A stretch of DNA of 63,922 nucleotides, the filler included, from Craspedostauros australis (Eukaryota), in the NCBI GenBank assembly GCA_030167865.1. It is 9 parts of 9 records of this genome, joined end to end, with 100 filler letters (N's around TTAATTAATTAA, not from the genome) between each part and the next. Parts side by side here need not be neighbours in the genome. Positions count along the whole stretch, not along the records: positions 37,659 to 47,181 come from JALAGF010002595.1; positions 47,282 to 51,527 come from JALAGF010002596.1; 7 more parts are not named here. One strand, written 5' to 3'. The position numbers were made by a program, and so were the translations under genes. The notes below the pieces were generated by a model. It saw nothing but the letters and a program-made list of their open reading frames with translations, did not search any database and was not told the origin of the DNA. Below, piece after piece: positions 38,419-50,600 of this stretch; within the stretch, counting starts at the first letter, position 1; the number at the start of each line of letters is the position of its first letter.

Positions 38419-40670
38419 ATGATGGCACTTGCGAGTAAGAGGCACCGAACATCGCACTTCGTGGAAAGTCCGACTTTTCTCATTTGGTGCGTTGCATTGC
38501 TGCTTTTGCTGACGAGATCTCATCAGGGTGATGTTCTTCCAACCGCCCAAGCATTCCAAAGTTCGTCACTATTCCCATCTCGGCAGAACAATGATAGCAA
38601 GCTCAATCGATTGATGCAAAGTCAACAGAAGAGGAGACAGCGTCAACAACATGCACAGCATGATGATGCAGCGAGTGCAACTGCTGCCAACCCGGTCCAT
38701 GCAGAAGATACCGCGGTGGCCTCAATAGAGCCGGTACTGCAGGGCAATCCATCAGAGTCCGCAGAAACATGGAAACCAAGACCGACATCATACGATGATG
38801 GAGATAGCGTTGATCGGTTCCATGACGATGTCACCAAGGTTTTGAAGAGCGTGTATGGTCACGATGAGGACCTCACCATTCCATGTGAGTGCCGTTGCGG
38901 TGTTTGAGCAAAGCGGTTCTACTGCTGTAGTGGCTGTGGGTTATGGCTGTGAGTTGTGACTGCCATTGATGTTGTTGCTACTGCTGTTGCTACTGCTCTT
39001 CTTCTCGTTGCCATTCCCATCACCATCATCTGGAGCAACAAGAAGCCGAAAACGGCAACCCAGTTCAAACCCCCTCACGAAACATGCACGCTCACATTCA
39101 ACTCAATCCTTCTCGCCAACCAGTGCTGTATCGAGCACGAAACCCATCGTTCACTTCCGTGTGGACCAATGAGGATTGGAAGATGCACACCAGTCGAAGA
39201 CGACTTTTGCGTCACCTCAAGGAGTTCCCAACATCGCGTCTGCTCCGACGGTGCGCACCCCAGCTCTCCGTCCTGGCGGTTTGGACAGTCAGCGTCCTGC
39301 GCATGATGGATCAGCGATCGGGAAGTCTGAAGCTTGTGGACATCAGCCTTGGCCCATTGGGTCTCGTATCTTCATTCTTGGCCCTGTTGCTGACGCTGCG
39401 GAGTAATCAAGGGCTGACGCGACTGACACAAGCGCGGGAGGCATTCTCAAAATCGATGATGGTCACGCGAGAGATAGCACAGATCATTGCCACCAGCGTC
39501 ATCCCACGCGACGAGCAGCTCGGGTTGCTGGCAGGTACGATTCTACGATTCTACTGTGTCCACCAATCTCAGTGTTCAAAGGATCCCTCGTATGTACTCG
39601 TGTGTATGGTACCCACGTGATTGGTACGGTGCATCTGCTTTTCGCGGGAGCATGATGTGGTCGTATTAGTATGAATCCACAGCTGAACACTGGCAGGGCA
39701 TCAAAAACAAGTCGCTGTCAGTGTTGGTGGAGCGCATGCCACGGTGCGCCGTTCGATCGATCCGAGTCTTGCGTACAAAGTGCACGCAGCCCCTCGCGGT
39801 CGCGAGCCGTCATTTCCAGATGTGCCAAAGACGCAAACTGCAAGCACTCACAATCAGCCTTCGCACAATACTACAATGCTTTGTTCTGCTTCCTTTTCAA
39901 TCACGTCGCTTGCACGTGTGCACAAATGTTTCCCATGGGGACATGTTATGTTTGCTTGATCATGATACGATGATGGTGTAGCCCGACACACGAGCATCTT
40001 CGGATGGTGCTTGAAGAAGCACATCCGTGGGACGTGGAACACGACGGAGGATGTCGCCTCCATCATGTTGCCGCAGTTCAGAGATGCTCATTTTGTCACC
40101 GATTACACGAGGAAACAACCGGCGGCGATACTGCTGAGATTGCGACAGATTGTTGAGGAGATTTGCCACCCCAGCCATCCGAAGGGGCCTTTACCAAATG
40201 AAGTTCAGCAAGAATTCGCCCGATGCCTGCTGCGTCTGCAGGAGACCATTGCCGCTGCCGAGAGCATCCGAAGCAACCCAGTGCCGCCCCTGTATACGAC
40301 CCATACGACCAGGCTACTTGTCTTCTATTTATTCAGCTTACCGTTGGCGATACATCGTACCATCCAGCACAGCCTGACGGCGTTCATCGTCACCATGGCT
40401 GTCGGGTTCACCATGTTCGGGTTGGATGAAATCTCCCACCTTCTTGAAAACCCGTTTGGGTTGATGCCACTCTACCAGGTTTCGAAAGCTATCATGATGG
40501 ACGTGGCGGACGTGATCGTGCTCCCGCTGCCATCTCTCTATGCCGATGACCTTGCATCTCACGCCTTCAGCGGTAGCGGCAGCTCCGTCGACAGTGGCCT
40601 TGGCATCGAAGGTACCGCACCGGAAACTGGAAAGCAAGAGTACGACTTCAGCAAGCCCAGCTATTGGTAG
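38419..40670 (+). CDS. Bestrophin-like (UPF0187/VCCN1-type) anion channel, probably plastid-targeted, 3 exons, ~521 aa
   Basis: Exons 38419-38884, 39124-39534 and 39982-40670 (GT-AG, both introns phase 1). Motifs WT..DW..H.S..R, LLLTLRSNQGL.R, ARH...FGW.LK..RG, PVPPLYTTH..R.L and GLDEI...LENPF. Signal peptide followed by AQA-F, an ASAFAP-like motif. Confidence 0.88.
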
Positions 40671-40831
40671 TGTGGTGCTCGTACTCGTATGAACCGTGTA
40701 CAAGTAGTACAGCGCACAGTGTGATACACAGAACATAATCTGTGACTCCCACGACTACAACATACTTCTAGAGCATAGTATGGTATTTTAGCGCAATCTC
40801 TCCCCCTCTGTGCAGCGCACAACGAAGATTG

Positions 40832-42655
40832 TCATGAAGTCCTCTTTCGTGGCTCGGAAAAGATGGAAAAGAACCACCAACAATCAAGAATGCTGTCTGA
40901 TTGGTCTTCGCCAGTAGTGCCAGCAGTGGTACATGTCTGCTTCCTCCGACTGCATCCGCGCAGGAATTTCATTGGCACTGTGACGGTTGAATCATCATCG
41001 GGGAAGTAGAAGATGCAGTATTTGCCTTTGATCGGATGGTAGGCATGTGCTGACAATGCCTCCAGCACAGCCGGGCTGTCCGTGTTTGGATCCACCAGGT
41101 TGCCTTTGAAGAACCTGATTCTTTCATTCTCCGGCCAGAAGCATCGCACCTCCTCGTAGCAGGACATGTCTGCGCGGATGTCGTACAATTCCTTGTCGGC
41201 CGTCTGCATGCTCAAGAGCAGTGCATCTCTGGGAGTGAGCGGCTTGGACGAGTCGGCGTGGTTGTATTGGACGGCAGACTGCAACAGCGAGCCATCAAGC
41301 CTCCGGATTCTCTGCAACGGGAGCACGGACCATTGATCTTCCTCGGTCCAGTGAACGGGAACACATGGCCCTTGCATCGATTCTGCATGCTTGCTGATAC
41401 TTGTCTTGTCCCACGCGACCTCTCTCCAGTCCATCGTCGTTGCAGGATAGTCTTCGCCGTCCCACCATCTGCCATGGACCGGGATTCCAACCGGGATGGA
41501 AAAGTCCAAGTACTTTCCAGACGTCGCCAGAGATGCCATGAATGACTGCACCGCTTCCACCCGGCCCATGGACGATCTCGCAAAGTGGAAGTATGACAAC
41601 AGCTTGTCGATGGACGTTGCGATGTTCCACGTGGAAGCATGCATGCGATCGCACACGCGCAGATCGACTCGGCCTGTGCTGTGGATGCCGATGACTGTTG
41701 CCTGATGCCACACCGGCAGCGCTCGTTTTCCTGACGATGTGACGCTATCGGCATCGCCCTTGCAGTACACCAAATCGTGCAGCGCGCATGTGCCGAGCGT
41801 GACTCGCGAGTCGTCCGACAAATCTTTGAACATCAAGGGTTGTTGCCATGCTCGTTCTGGGTTGGTTTGATGGTGCTGCGATGCACCATGATGTGAACAT
41901 GGCAGCCATCCATGCGAATGAAGATCGACGGCATCTGACATATGCACAGTCAGCAGTCCGCTTTTCACCGTGGCCATCTCGTCGCTCATGTAATCGAGCA
42001 GTTCGCACAGCGTGACTGGCACCTGCGTGCCGTCGTTGCTGTGCCCCCAGTGCATCATCACTTCAATCCAGCACATGACCTCAGTCCAGTGCAGCCCGGA
42101 TGTTTCGTACGGCGCCGTCGACATGAGACAGACTATTTCCTTGCCCTCCAACCATTTCTGCCGTGTGCATCCTGTCTCTGCTTCCACCTTGGCTTCCACC
42201 TTGGCTTCGTCGGCTGTCGCTCGTACATCCTTGGCCTTTCCTGTCTGTGATGAGCCGATCAACGACAACGAGAAGTTTCCGGACGCGCAGCAATCGATGA
42301 GGTACATCTGACGGATCGATTTGCAATGCTTGCGGATGATGCGCGAGATGTCATCATGGTACCAAGGCTCCTTGGTCGAGAAGCGGTCGCATTGGCCATG
42401 GCCGCCGTAGTAAAACAGAAATGTGCTGTCGGCGGTCGTGTTGTCCAACAGCCTCGTGAGCTTCTCCCTGCAATTGCCCACGGTGGTGGCCTCGTCCTTG
42501 AGGAACAAGCATTGATGCTGAGGAATGCTGCACTTCAGGAACGTGTTGTACAGCGCAATGTCGCCCTCTTCCGCCCGTTCCTCCTCCCAGTCTCCGTTGT
42601 TGCCCACCACGCAAACGAAGAAATCCTCTGCGCGAGTCCAGCCATTCCTCGTCAT
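40832..42655 (-). CDS. Caspase-like (clan CD / peptidase C14-like) protease fused to Tudor/Agenet-like repeats (607 aa, intronless)
   Basis: His-Cys dyad motifs FLFYYGGHG and YLIDCCASG, preceded by LKDEATT. The C-terminal half has beta-barrel-like units such as VHGRWWDGEDYPAT..VPVHWTEEDQWSVLP and VRCFWPE..FFKG..FYFPDDDSTVTVP. Confidence 0.8.
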   Translation of the reverse strand: MTRNGWTRAEDFFVCVVGNNGDWEEERAEEGDIALYNTFLKCSIPQHQCLFLKDEATTVGNCREKLTRLLDNTTADSTFLFYYGGHGQCDRFSTKEPWYHDDISRIIRKHCKSIRQMYLIDCCASGNFSLSLIGSSQTGKAKDVRATADEAKVEAKVEAETGCTRQKWLEGKEIVCLMSTAPYETSGLHWTEVMCWIEVMMHWGHSNDGTQVPVTLCELLDYMSDEMATVKSGLLTVHMSDAVDLHSHGWLPCSHHGASQHHQTNPERAWQQPLMFKDLSDDSRVTLGTCALHDLVYCKGDADSVTSSGKRALPVWHQATVIGIHSTGRVDLRVCDRMHASTWNIATSIDKLLSYFHFARSSMGRVEAVQSFMASLATSGKYLDFSIPVGIPVHGRWWDGEDYPATTMDWREVAWDKTSISKHAESMQGPCVPVHWTEEDQWSVLPLQRIRRLDGSLLQSAVQYNHADSSKPLTPRDALLLSMQTADKELYDIRADMSCYEEVRCFWPENERIRFFKGNLVDPNTDSPAVLEALSAHAYHPIKGKYCIFYFPDDDSTVTVPMKFLRGCSRRKQTCTTAGTTGEDQSDSILDCWWFFSIFSEPRKRTS

Positions 42656-43579
42656 TTTCCAAGCCTATCTTTGTGCCGTCCTTGTGTTCTGCTCAGATCG
42701 AATCCTTCGACAGCATGAATCAAGCGTTGACGCTTGATGTGCTCTGTGTGGAACCTGTCGCGTGCGTACCATGCCTTGTGCGAGGAAGTTGTCGATGATC
42801 ACGACACGCGAAGGCTTCGTCTGGTGTGGTGCAGAGCGTGGCTGGTCCTCTTGTTGGTGCGTGTTCGCACGAGGAGGAAAACAAGAGAAATGTGTGCTCG
42901 TCGTGTTTCTTCTTTTGCTTCCTCACGTCGTCTTCGGAATCACGCTCATGACTCGATGGTCGTGAGTCAAAGTGTTCGCCGATGATGATCGATCACATGG
43001 ACTCCGCAGTTTCTTAGTCGAGCCTATCGAGAAGCATCGCGAGACTGAAAAAAATGGATCACGAACAAAACTAGTTGACGTTTTTGTCCCGCAAACAAGA
43101 GTCAAGCAATTGCTCACAATTTGGGCGTGTGCTGCGCAGACCAAAGATTCCGCGAAGAGGCTGGCATGCCGTGTCGTCAATTGGCCAGGCGCAAGGGCGA
43201 GAGAAGCCGGGAGGACGCAACCACAATCGGTGATGCCCGCTGAAAATTTGGAGACAATTTGCAAATCTCGATGAATTCGTCCGGGGTGCAAAGTTTGGTG
43301 GCGTCCTCTGTTCCTGTCTCTGATGCCGAAGTTGTTGCAGCTACACTGCTGTGGCGCAAGCTTGTGCTGTTGTGTTCCGCAGGTGTGCTGTGCTGTGTTG
43401 TGTTGTGTTGTGGAATACAATGCAATGCAATGCAATGTGGCAACAAGAGGTGGACGGTGATACATGCGATTGGATGAATATCGCACTCTGCAGGCGACGT
43501 TACTCTCCATAAAATTTGCAGCCAACCGATCCAACATCACATCTTACAAAAAGATCATTTGACGCCGCCATCTACCACC

Positions 43580-45221
43580 ATGAAGCTCTGTATCAGTGCC
43601 CGCATCTTTAACGCTGCCCTCGTGGCAACTTGCGTCACGGCAGCATCGTACATCCAAGACGACCAAGTGCTTTCCAAACTGCGTCATTCAACGGATGAGC
43701 GTGATCACACTCGCACAGGGATCAAGGACACCAACACGCAGAGCAGGAAAGATGACAAAAACGCATGGGGATACTACGGAAACAAAGAGAAACAGGTGAC
43801 AACAGGATCGGATCTGCAGGTCCAGCGGTTGCGCAACAGGAAGTTGGGAACAAACACCGACTATGCAGATTCGCCATCGAAGACCAGCAAAGCGCCAAGC
43901 ATGACGCCACCCGCAAGCTCCTTCAAATCGAACAAATCTGGTGAGTGAGATACATTCCGCCACTCCACGTCATGGAGCCCAGACTCCCGCATGCGCTGAA
44001 ACGTTGAGAGTGCTTTCTACGCCCGATGCCGTGGTCGTTACAATGCGCTTGAATCGTCCTGGCGTTTGGGTATTTCTGTATTGTGTTTTCTCGTGCTTCT
44101 CACATCCACAATACCCATATTTGTACTCTACATTGCACGACATCGCTCCACCAAACTGCACCCGCACTGTCTGCGCCCCGTTGGTGTGCACATCGGCATG
44201 TCCGCATCTTTCCTAATCGACCGCCCCCATCAATCGAGCAGGACTAAAAACTACCAACCGACACAGATTCCTCAATGCCATCGACTGTGGCGGCAACCAG
44301 GCCTGCATCGCGCTGCTGACGGCCGTGGAGGCAAGGACCGATCTCCAAGATATCTTCCTGGGCAAGGGAAAGATCACGACTTCCGTACAATTGTTCACCG
44401 AGGTTTACAGCAACACAGGTCGTCTGCAGCAGTTCCAAGATGCAGGTGTTCAGACAGAGACGATCTTTACGGGCACTGTAGAGCAAGTCATCCAACGGTG
44501 CAACGCCCAAAACAAGACTTGCTGTGCAGACATGAATGTGTGCTCGTGGGAAGGGGTGGCTTCTATCGGTGAAAACAGTTGCATCGGAATGGACGCATGC
44601 TCCATGATCCCGACTGATACCATTATCTTCCAGAATAGCTGCATTGGTGACGAAAGCTGCGAAGGGGTGAACTTCAAATCGGCAGATGCAGTCGCCTCGT
44701 TCGCATCTGTCGGGCCAAATTCTTGCGGGGGGCAACTTGCTTGCAACTACGTCGGCGGAAGCGCGGACGGGTATGTCCTGATCGGGAAGGATTCATGCAA
44801 CGGAGAGAACAGCTGCTATCTGGTTGGTGCGGGCAACGCATTCTACTACGTGAATGGCACAGCGCCAAGAGTATCAGACGTGGTGATTGGCGACCGTTCA
44901 TGCATCGCCAGCTCCTCGTGCAGCGAAGTCAACAGCTACTATGCGCTTGCGCTTGGAGGCGGCGTCTTCAGGCCCTACGACCAGTTCGCGGGAGATGTCA
45001 CGATCGGGGATGACACATGCGTGGGTATCAGCGCATGCGAATACTTTGGTTTCGGGAGGTACTTCGATTCCGCCGTCGTTCTTGGCGACAATGTCTGCCC
45101 AAGCCCGAATGAATGCACAAGCTGTCAGCGCAACGTCACCGCAGGTGTGTGCGCTCTGGGGCAGACGTTGACCGTCGCTGACGGCGGCACATGTCCAAAT
45201 GCGACTGATCCATGCGTCTGA
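43580..45221 (+). CDS. Secreted Cys-rich repeat protein with RXL and KXXK motifs, 2 exons, ~446 aa
   Basis: Exons 43580-43940 and 44242-45221 (GT-AG, phase 1). Signal peptide, RKL, SKTSKAPS/KSNKS, and about 7 repeats resembling (I/V)GxxSCxGxxAC. Confidence 0.8.
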
Positions 45222-47281
45222 TGTCGCGTTTGGTACAACCAAAAATGAAAGAATCACAGTCGCCGTACACTGAGTATGGTGCAGCAGCCACAAACAGAGC
45301 ATGGTACATATGGGGGATTCATGGCGACTCCGCATTCGTTGGCACCAACCAGATCGGAATGGTAGTGCTACTGGCTGCTCATGAAGATGGAAGGACCGAG
45401 CAAGGGCAGGGCAGGACACGATCTCGGAGTCTTTCCGAAGCTGAGTCGGGGGAGCGTGGGCACTATCGATGGGGGTACAACGTCGTCTGTGTGATGCGTG
45501 CGAGGACGAGTGTGTACAGTAGAAAAATGGAATAGTATGACGCCTGTACTTACGTATGGTGCGAGTATAGTATGTATGGTAGCTCGTACGAGAGTCAGGA
45601 TGGTCTACGTGGAGGTGATGGGTCCAGAAAACCGGAGGAAGGAAGAAGGAAAGCAAGAAAGAAAGAGTGGCAATCTTGCAGAAATAGACAGACAGAGAGT
45701 GTCTGTGTTGCGGGGTGCCGTGGATGAATGTGGTCGTTCTGTTTCCCAACCATCCGGCGGAACTGCAACAAGTAAACGACATTTGAGCAAAAGGGAGCCC
45801 CTCTCCGATTCTTGCTCATCCCCTTGTGCAATTGTCCGGTTTGTCTTTCTGTCTGGTTGCTTCACTGGTCGCTTGCTTGTGGATGAGAGCCTTCTCTGCA
45901 GAGGTCGTGCGCAGCCGACGACACAAACATCGCAACCACAAAAACAAAAAGTGGGCGGATGTTTCTCACATTCCCGAATCATCAAGGAACAAAATATCGT
46001 TTAAATGATGTTTTGCCGCCAATTCCATACGACTCGCCCTGGAAACCACTGAATCCCGATTCACAGCGAACTGTTCCGCAACAAGATTGGACAGAACCTG
46101 ATCACCCTGTTCACAAGTGTCTTTCGCCTATTCCTTCGAGTACCTTTCACACGCCTTGTGATTGGCCCATCGAAATCAAGAGGTGAAACGGGACATCGAT
46201 GGGTCTGATGGGTGTGGTGTGTTTGTGGGTACTTCTGAGACAGACCAAGGACGAGGATGTGACCGAACAGGAAACGCTGCCCACCAACAATCGCCTCCAA
46301 AACACTCGCAAACGTGAAGGAATGATGAGCATCTCCAACTGCGACGGCTCATAGTAGTTTGGGTTAGGTTGTGCGCTAGCGAAGAGAATGCGACAATTTC
46401 GTCTGAATTTGATCGCGGTTTGTGGGGCTGAGCAGAGTGCTCCTCGCCTACTCCCACCACTCTCTGGAGACAGAACTCATGCTCCATCGCAGTCTCTGGA
46501 GTAATTGGATGTGCAGACCATCACTGACATGCTGGGACAACTTCAACACTGAGGAACCACAACGGCACATCTGCCCCCTCGTCATTGGTGTTCGACATGC
46601 GAACTACCAACCAACACTGCCACAGGCTATCCTCCCAAGTGTGTTTGCAACCGCCTTGCTGCCGCTTCTTGGTGAGGAGCACCAAGTACACAATTGTGCT
46701 TGTACTTGCATGCTGCATGATCTGTATGTTAGAAACCCTATGATCTTAGCCAAGGCAGAATGCCAGAGTTTGTGCAGCAACCTGTAGAGGTCGAGCTATT
46801 GGTTGATTGTTGTTGCAGTGAGTGAGTGTGTGTGTGTGTGAGGTTGTTTGATTGTTGTCCAAGTTGGGGTTTTATGATTAGATTTTATCGTATGATTGTT
46901 TCCTGCAATTTTTATTACGGTGCTATCGCGGCCCCCGTGTAAATTCCCGCAGTAATCACTTCCGACTTTTGGTTTTCCTTTTTGTATCCTCTCCGTAGTA
47001 TACCGTGTTGATCCGGTGTCGTCCCACGTGATTTTTCGTCTTGTTGGTGTCGCAACGAGTCCAAACGTGTTGCACCAAAAGACGGACACTCTTCGAGTTT
47101 CTCCGATGTTCTTTTGAGTTTCCGAATTTCTCTCGTCATCGCACACAGAGAACATGACAGGATGTCCATTGCATTCCAACANNNNNNNNNNNNNNNNNNN
47201 NNNNNNNNNNNNNNNNNNNNNNNNNTTAATTAATTAANNNNNNNNNNNNNNNNNNNNNNNNNNNNNNNNNNNNNNNNNNNN

Positions 47282-47357
<76 letters not shown>
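47282..47357. repeat. (AAC)n microsatellite
   Basis: About 25 AAC units at a scaffold start. Confidence 0.9.
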
Positions 47358-48349
47358 GCAGCAGCGATCTCCTCCAGGTCATGTTGAATCAGCAACAACT
47401 GATGCTCAACATGAACCTGTTGGAAATCCGGGGTTATAGTAGTAGACTAATCTGTTATCAGTCTGTACCGTTTTAGAACTGTGAGCACAACATGCTCATC
47501 TCCTTTCGATTCCACTTTCACAACAAGCATGATCTGCGGTAGCCACCCAAGGTTACACCCTTTAGCTTGGCTCCTTTTCGTCTGCATCTTCATCTTGCGT
47601 TCATCGTGGTTCATCGCTTGCTTAGCTGAGGGTTGGAGAGTACCTACATTTGTCAAGTTCATACTCGTAGACCTGTAGGTACCTCTCCTTGGGTCTCATG
47701 TCACCTCACTGGTCCCACTTCATTTCAGTTCCTCCCTCCGGTCATCTCAATGGTTGCCTTTGGATGTTTGGAACTTATTGTCGTCTGGATCGTGGTCTTG
47801 GGTGAATAGAGATCGCCTCTGTTTTGCTTTCTCATATTAGGTTCTCAGGGACGCGTCGACTTGTTCAGATATATTGGTTGTCGCGCTCATTCGATTCACT
47901 CAGGGCTGGTGTGTTGCCNNNNNNNNNNNNNNNNNNNNNNNNNNCCGTTATCGGGACATGGCCGAGTAGGCCACTGGATGAGGGTGCTTGGATGTCGCAT
48001 AAGACAGGTAAGGCCATTGGGCTGTCCGAGTGCCACTGGTCGATTGTTAGGTTGCGGTTTGTCTGGGAGATGCTATTGGGGGTTGCGGCAATCATGAGTA
48101 TCTTTGCACTTAATACCATTCCGGTTCCAGTCAGCCCTCATGAGAGCTGCGGTAGAATAGGGTATCTTTGCAAAGTCGTACCCCCGATTCCTGACATGAA
48201 CCGCCATCTGGAGGAGGATAGGAACCGGATGCAGCGCGAGACCTCGCAGTTGCGCGAGTCGCAAATGCAACTCTCGTCCGACGTGAGGTCTCTCGTGAAC
48301 GCCATGTCCGAGGCTCGACGCCACTAGAAGCATGACACCAACACCAACC

Positions 48350-48351
<2 letters not shown>

Positions 48352-48398
<47 letters not shown>

Positions 48399-48399
48399 C
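48352..48399. repeat. (AAC)n microsatellite
   Basis: About 16 AAC units. Confidence 0.9.
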
Positions 48400-48895
48400 G
48401 AGGGCGACGACGACGGCGAGAACAGCAACAGCCGCAACCGCGACGACGACGCGGGAAAATGATACTCACCCATTCTTTCGTCTCTACGTATTTCCACATT
48501 TCATACCTTCTTTCCCGCAATCCCTCACATTCCGCAAAATATCAACCTGTCCATTCGTCGTTGCATTCGCCGATCCAATTCGACGATCCATCCTTCAATG
48601 CATGCATCCATCCATTCGTTCCTCTCTTCATGGCACAAGCACCCCACAGCAGCATACAGAGCAAAACCAAGTGGAGAAGCCGACACGCTGAAGCCCTTGT
48701 GCGCACAGCCGCATGCTTCCTTCCGCGTCTACATCCATTCCATCAGAAAAAACAATCCCAGCATTCGCTCATCGCCCACAGCACAGCACACACACCACAA
48801 GTGCCCGCGCGCCATGAGTACTACATAATAGAATAGTGAGTCGAATACGTATTACATGTATATGTACCTCATTAATTTTAACTGTGTGTACATGA

Positions 48896-50110
48896 TCATG
48901 GGATCAGATCGATGTATTCTTCGAATGTCAGCTTGTGCGATTGGTACCGTGCAGACTGCTGATTGCCATTCATGGTGCAATGAATGTTGGCGAGGAACGC
49001 AGCAACAAAATGAATGAGTGTGAGAGGATTCAGCAGGGTTTTGTTGGCGTTGCGAACGCTGACGAGGGGAAAATTCTTCGTGATCTCCTTGAATGCCCAT
49101 TCAACACAGATGCGTCCCGACGACATGTCCTTGTTGCACTGTGCCTCAGAGGACCCTGGAACAGTGTCTTTGTATGCAGCAAATATGTATGGTGTAGTAG
49201 GATATGCTGGATCGCCGTAGAGACAATATGGAGGATTGTTCTCATCCAATGGCATGAGATCCTCCAATCGCTGTTCGATTTGGCTTTGCTCGAACATGTA
49301 CCCGTCACCACGAGCACCCGCAATCGGCCCAAAGTAGTGAATGAGCAACCCATCTGGCGCAACGATGCCTTGATAGTGCAGCCCATGACCGCGTTTATAG
49401 CCTGAGTAGAGGTCCTCTTGATTCTCCTTGGGACGACAGGTTTCCCAGAACGTGCCGTCGACATAAGCAATCACATCGTCCACCAAGCCATGGGTGAGAC
49501 AGTGATTGTTCTCCGCATAGTCAGGGAATCGATCATGAAACAAGCCAATGTCGCTCAGGCACGGTTTGCCAATGTCATAGAAGTAGGAGTAGAAAGTGGA
49601 GGCAATGCTGGAAATACGGACGCTGTCCATGCTGAATCTCTGTTCCATGTCACACAGTCGTCCGCAATGTGCCAGACGGAACAGCATGATGAGCAATCCC
49701 ATTTCGTAGGATACCTTGTATCGATTCCGCACTTGAATGCATGCAGGATCTGCCTCACCGGACACCGCTTGGAACTTTGGCCAGAGACGGTCAGCCAGAC
49801 GTTGAAGATCACACGCACGGAAACGAAAGTGACGAACACTTTCACGGTCGTCCAGTTCCGCGATGGCAATGTTCCTGTTGGTGAACATGGGAGGAGGTCC
49901 CAATGGAACGAGGTAGAGTTGCTGCATCTGTAGCACATGACGGCCCAATGCGACGATGTTGCTATAGTGCTGAACCAGAATCACGACGCCTGCATAATCC
50001 AGACGTTGGACGTCGATGTCTGCAAGTTGAGCGATGGCAGCCTCAAATCGAGTGATTGCTTCTTGCAATGCCTGCCGCTCGGGAACAGTATTCCAATTAG
50101 GATTGACCAT
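48896..50110 (-). mobile_element. PIF/Harbinger-superfamily DDE transposase (DDE_Tnp_4-like), ~404 aa
   Basis: Likely start MVNPNW at 50110. FRF motif, HTH-like LLIMLFRLA, and catalytic motifs YVDGT, YSGYKRGHGL.YQ...PDG, LYGDPAY and RICVEWAF. ORF is intact. Confidence 0.9.
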
Positions 50111-50527
50111 AACAACGATAGTAAGCAGTAATCGAACGCGTAGAGGAGCTGTGTGTGCGAAAGTGCGATGAACACAGACTAATTCAATGAGCAACGAGTA
50201 TAGCACGAAGCGAAGCATTGAGGGAACGCATCATGCAACATCAAACAGGAACCGATGATGTGTTGTGACACTCATGGCCAAAATGTGACGCTCTTCGGGA
50301 GCAGTCAAAGCGAACGTGTCTAAATTAGATACCCTAGAGATGGCGCGAACGCTNNNNNNNNNNNNNNNNNNNNNNNNNNATTCTGTCACGCAACAGTCCT
50401 GTGCAGTTTCCGTCACTCGAGAGTCAATGTCGTATGTGACACGTCGTCTGGGGGCCTCTGAGTGGAAATCGAAACAATGCGAAACCTCTCTATTTGAAAC
50501 CAGATTCCGACTATGGTTTTCGGGGCG

Positions 50528-50600
50528 ACCCCACAAGAAATGTCTCTATCTGGTTATGATTCCTCCGTGGGACTCCGAAATCGGGGTGCGAGAATTCTCC
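50528..50600. mobile_element. Candidate terminus of the Harbinger element (shared with 37670-37740)
   Basis: Lies about 420-490 nt upstream of the transposase start. Similarity to the 37670 copy ends at TCTCC in both. Confidence 0.55.

Noticed and set aside
17371..40670. A carbon-concentrating gene cluster (PEPC plus bestrophin)
   Set aside because: The two genes are on different scaffolds separated by two artificial linkers.
35901..42655. A physically linked STAND-caspase defence locus
   Set aside because: A linker at 37559-37658 separates them, so only a functional hypothesis remains, not linkage.
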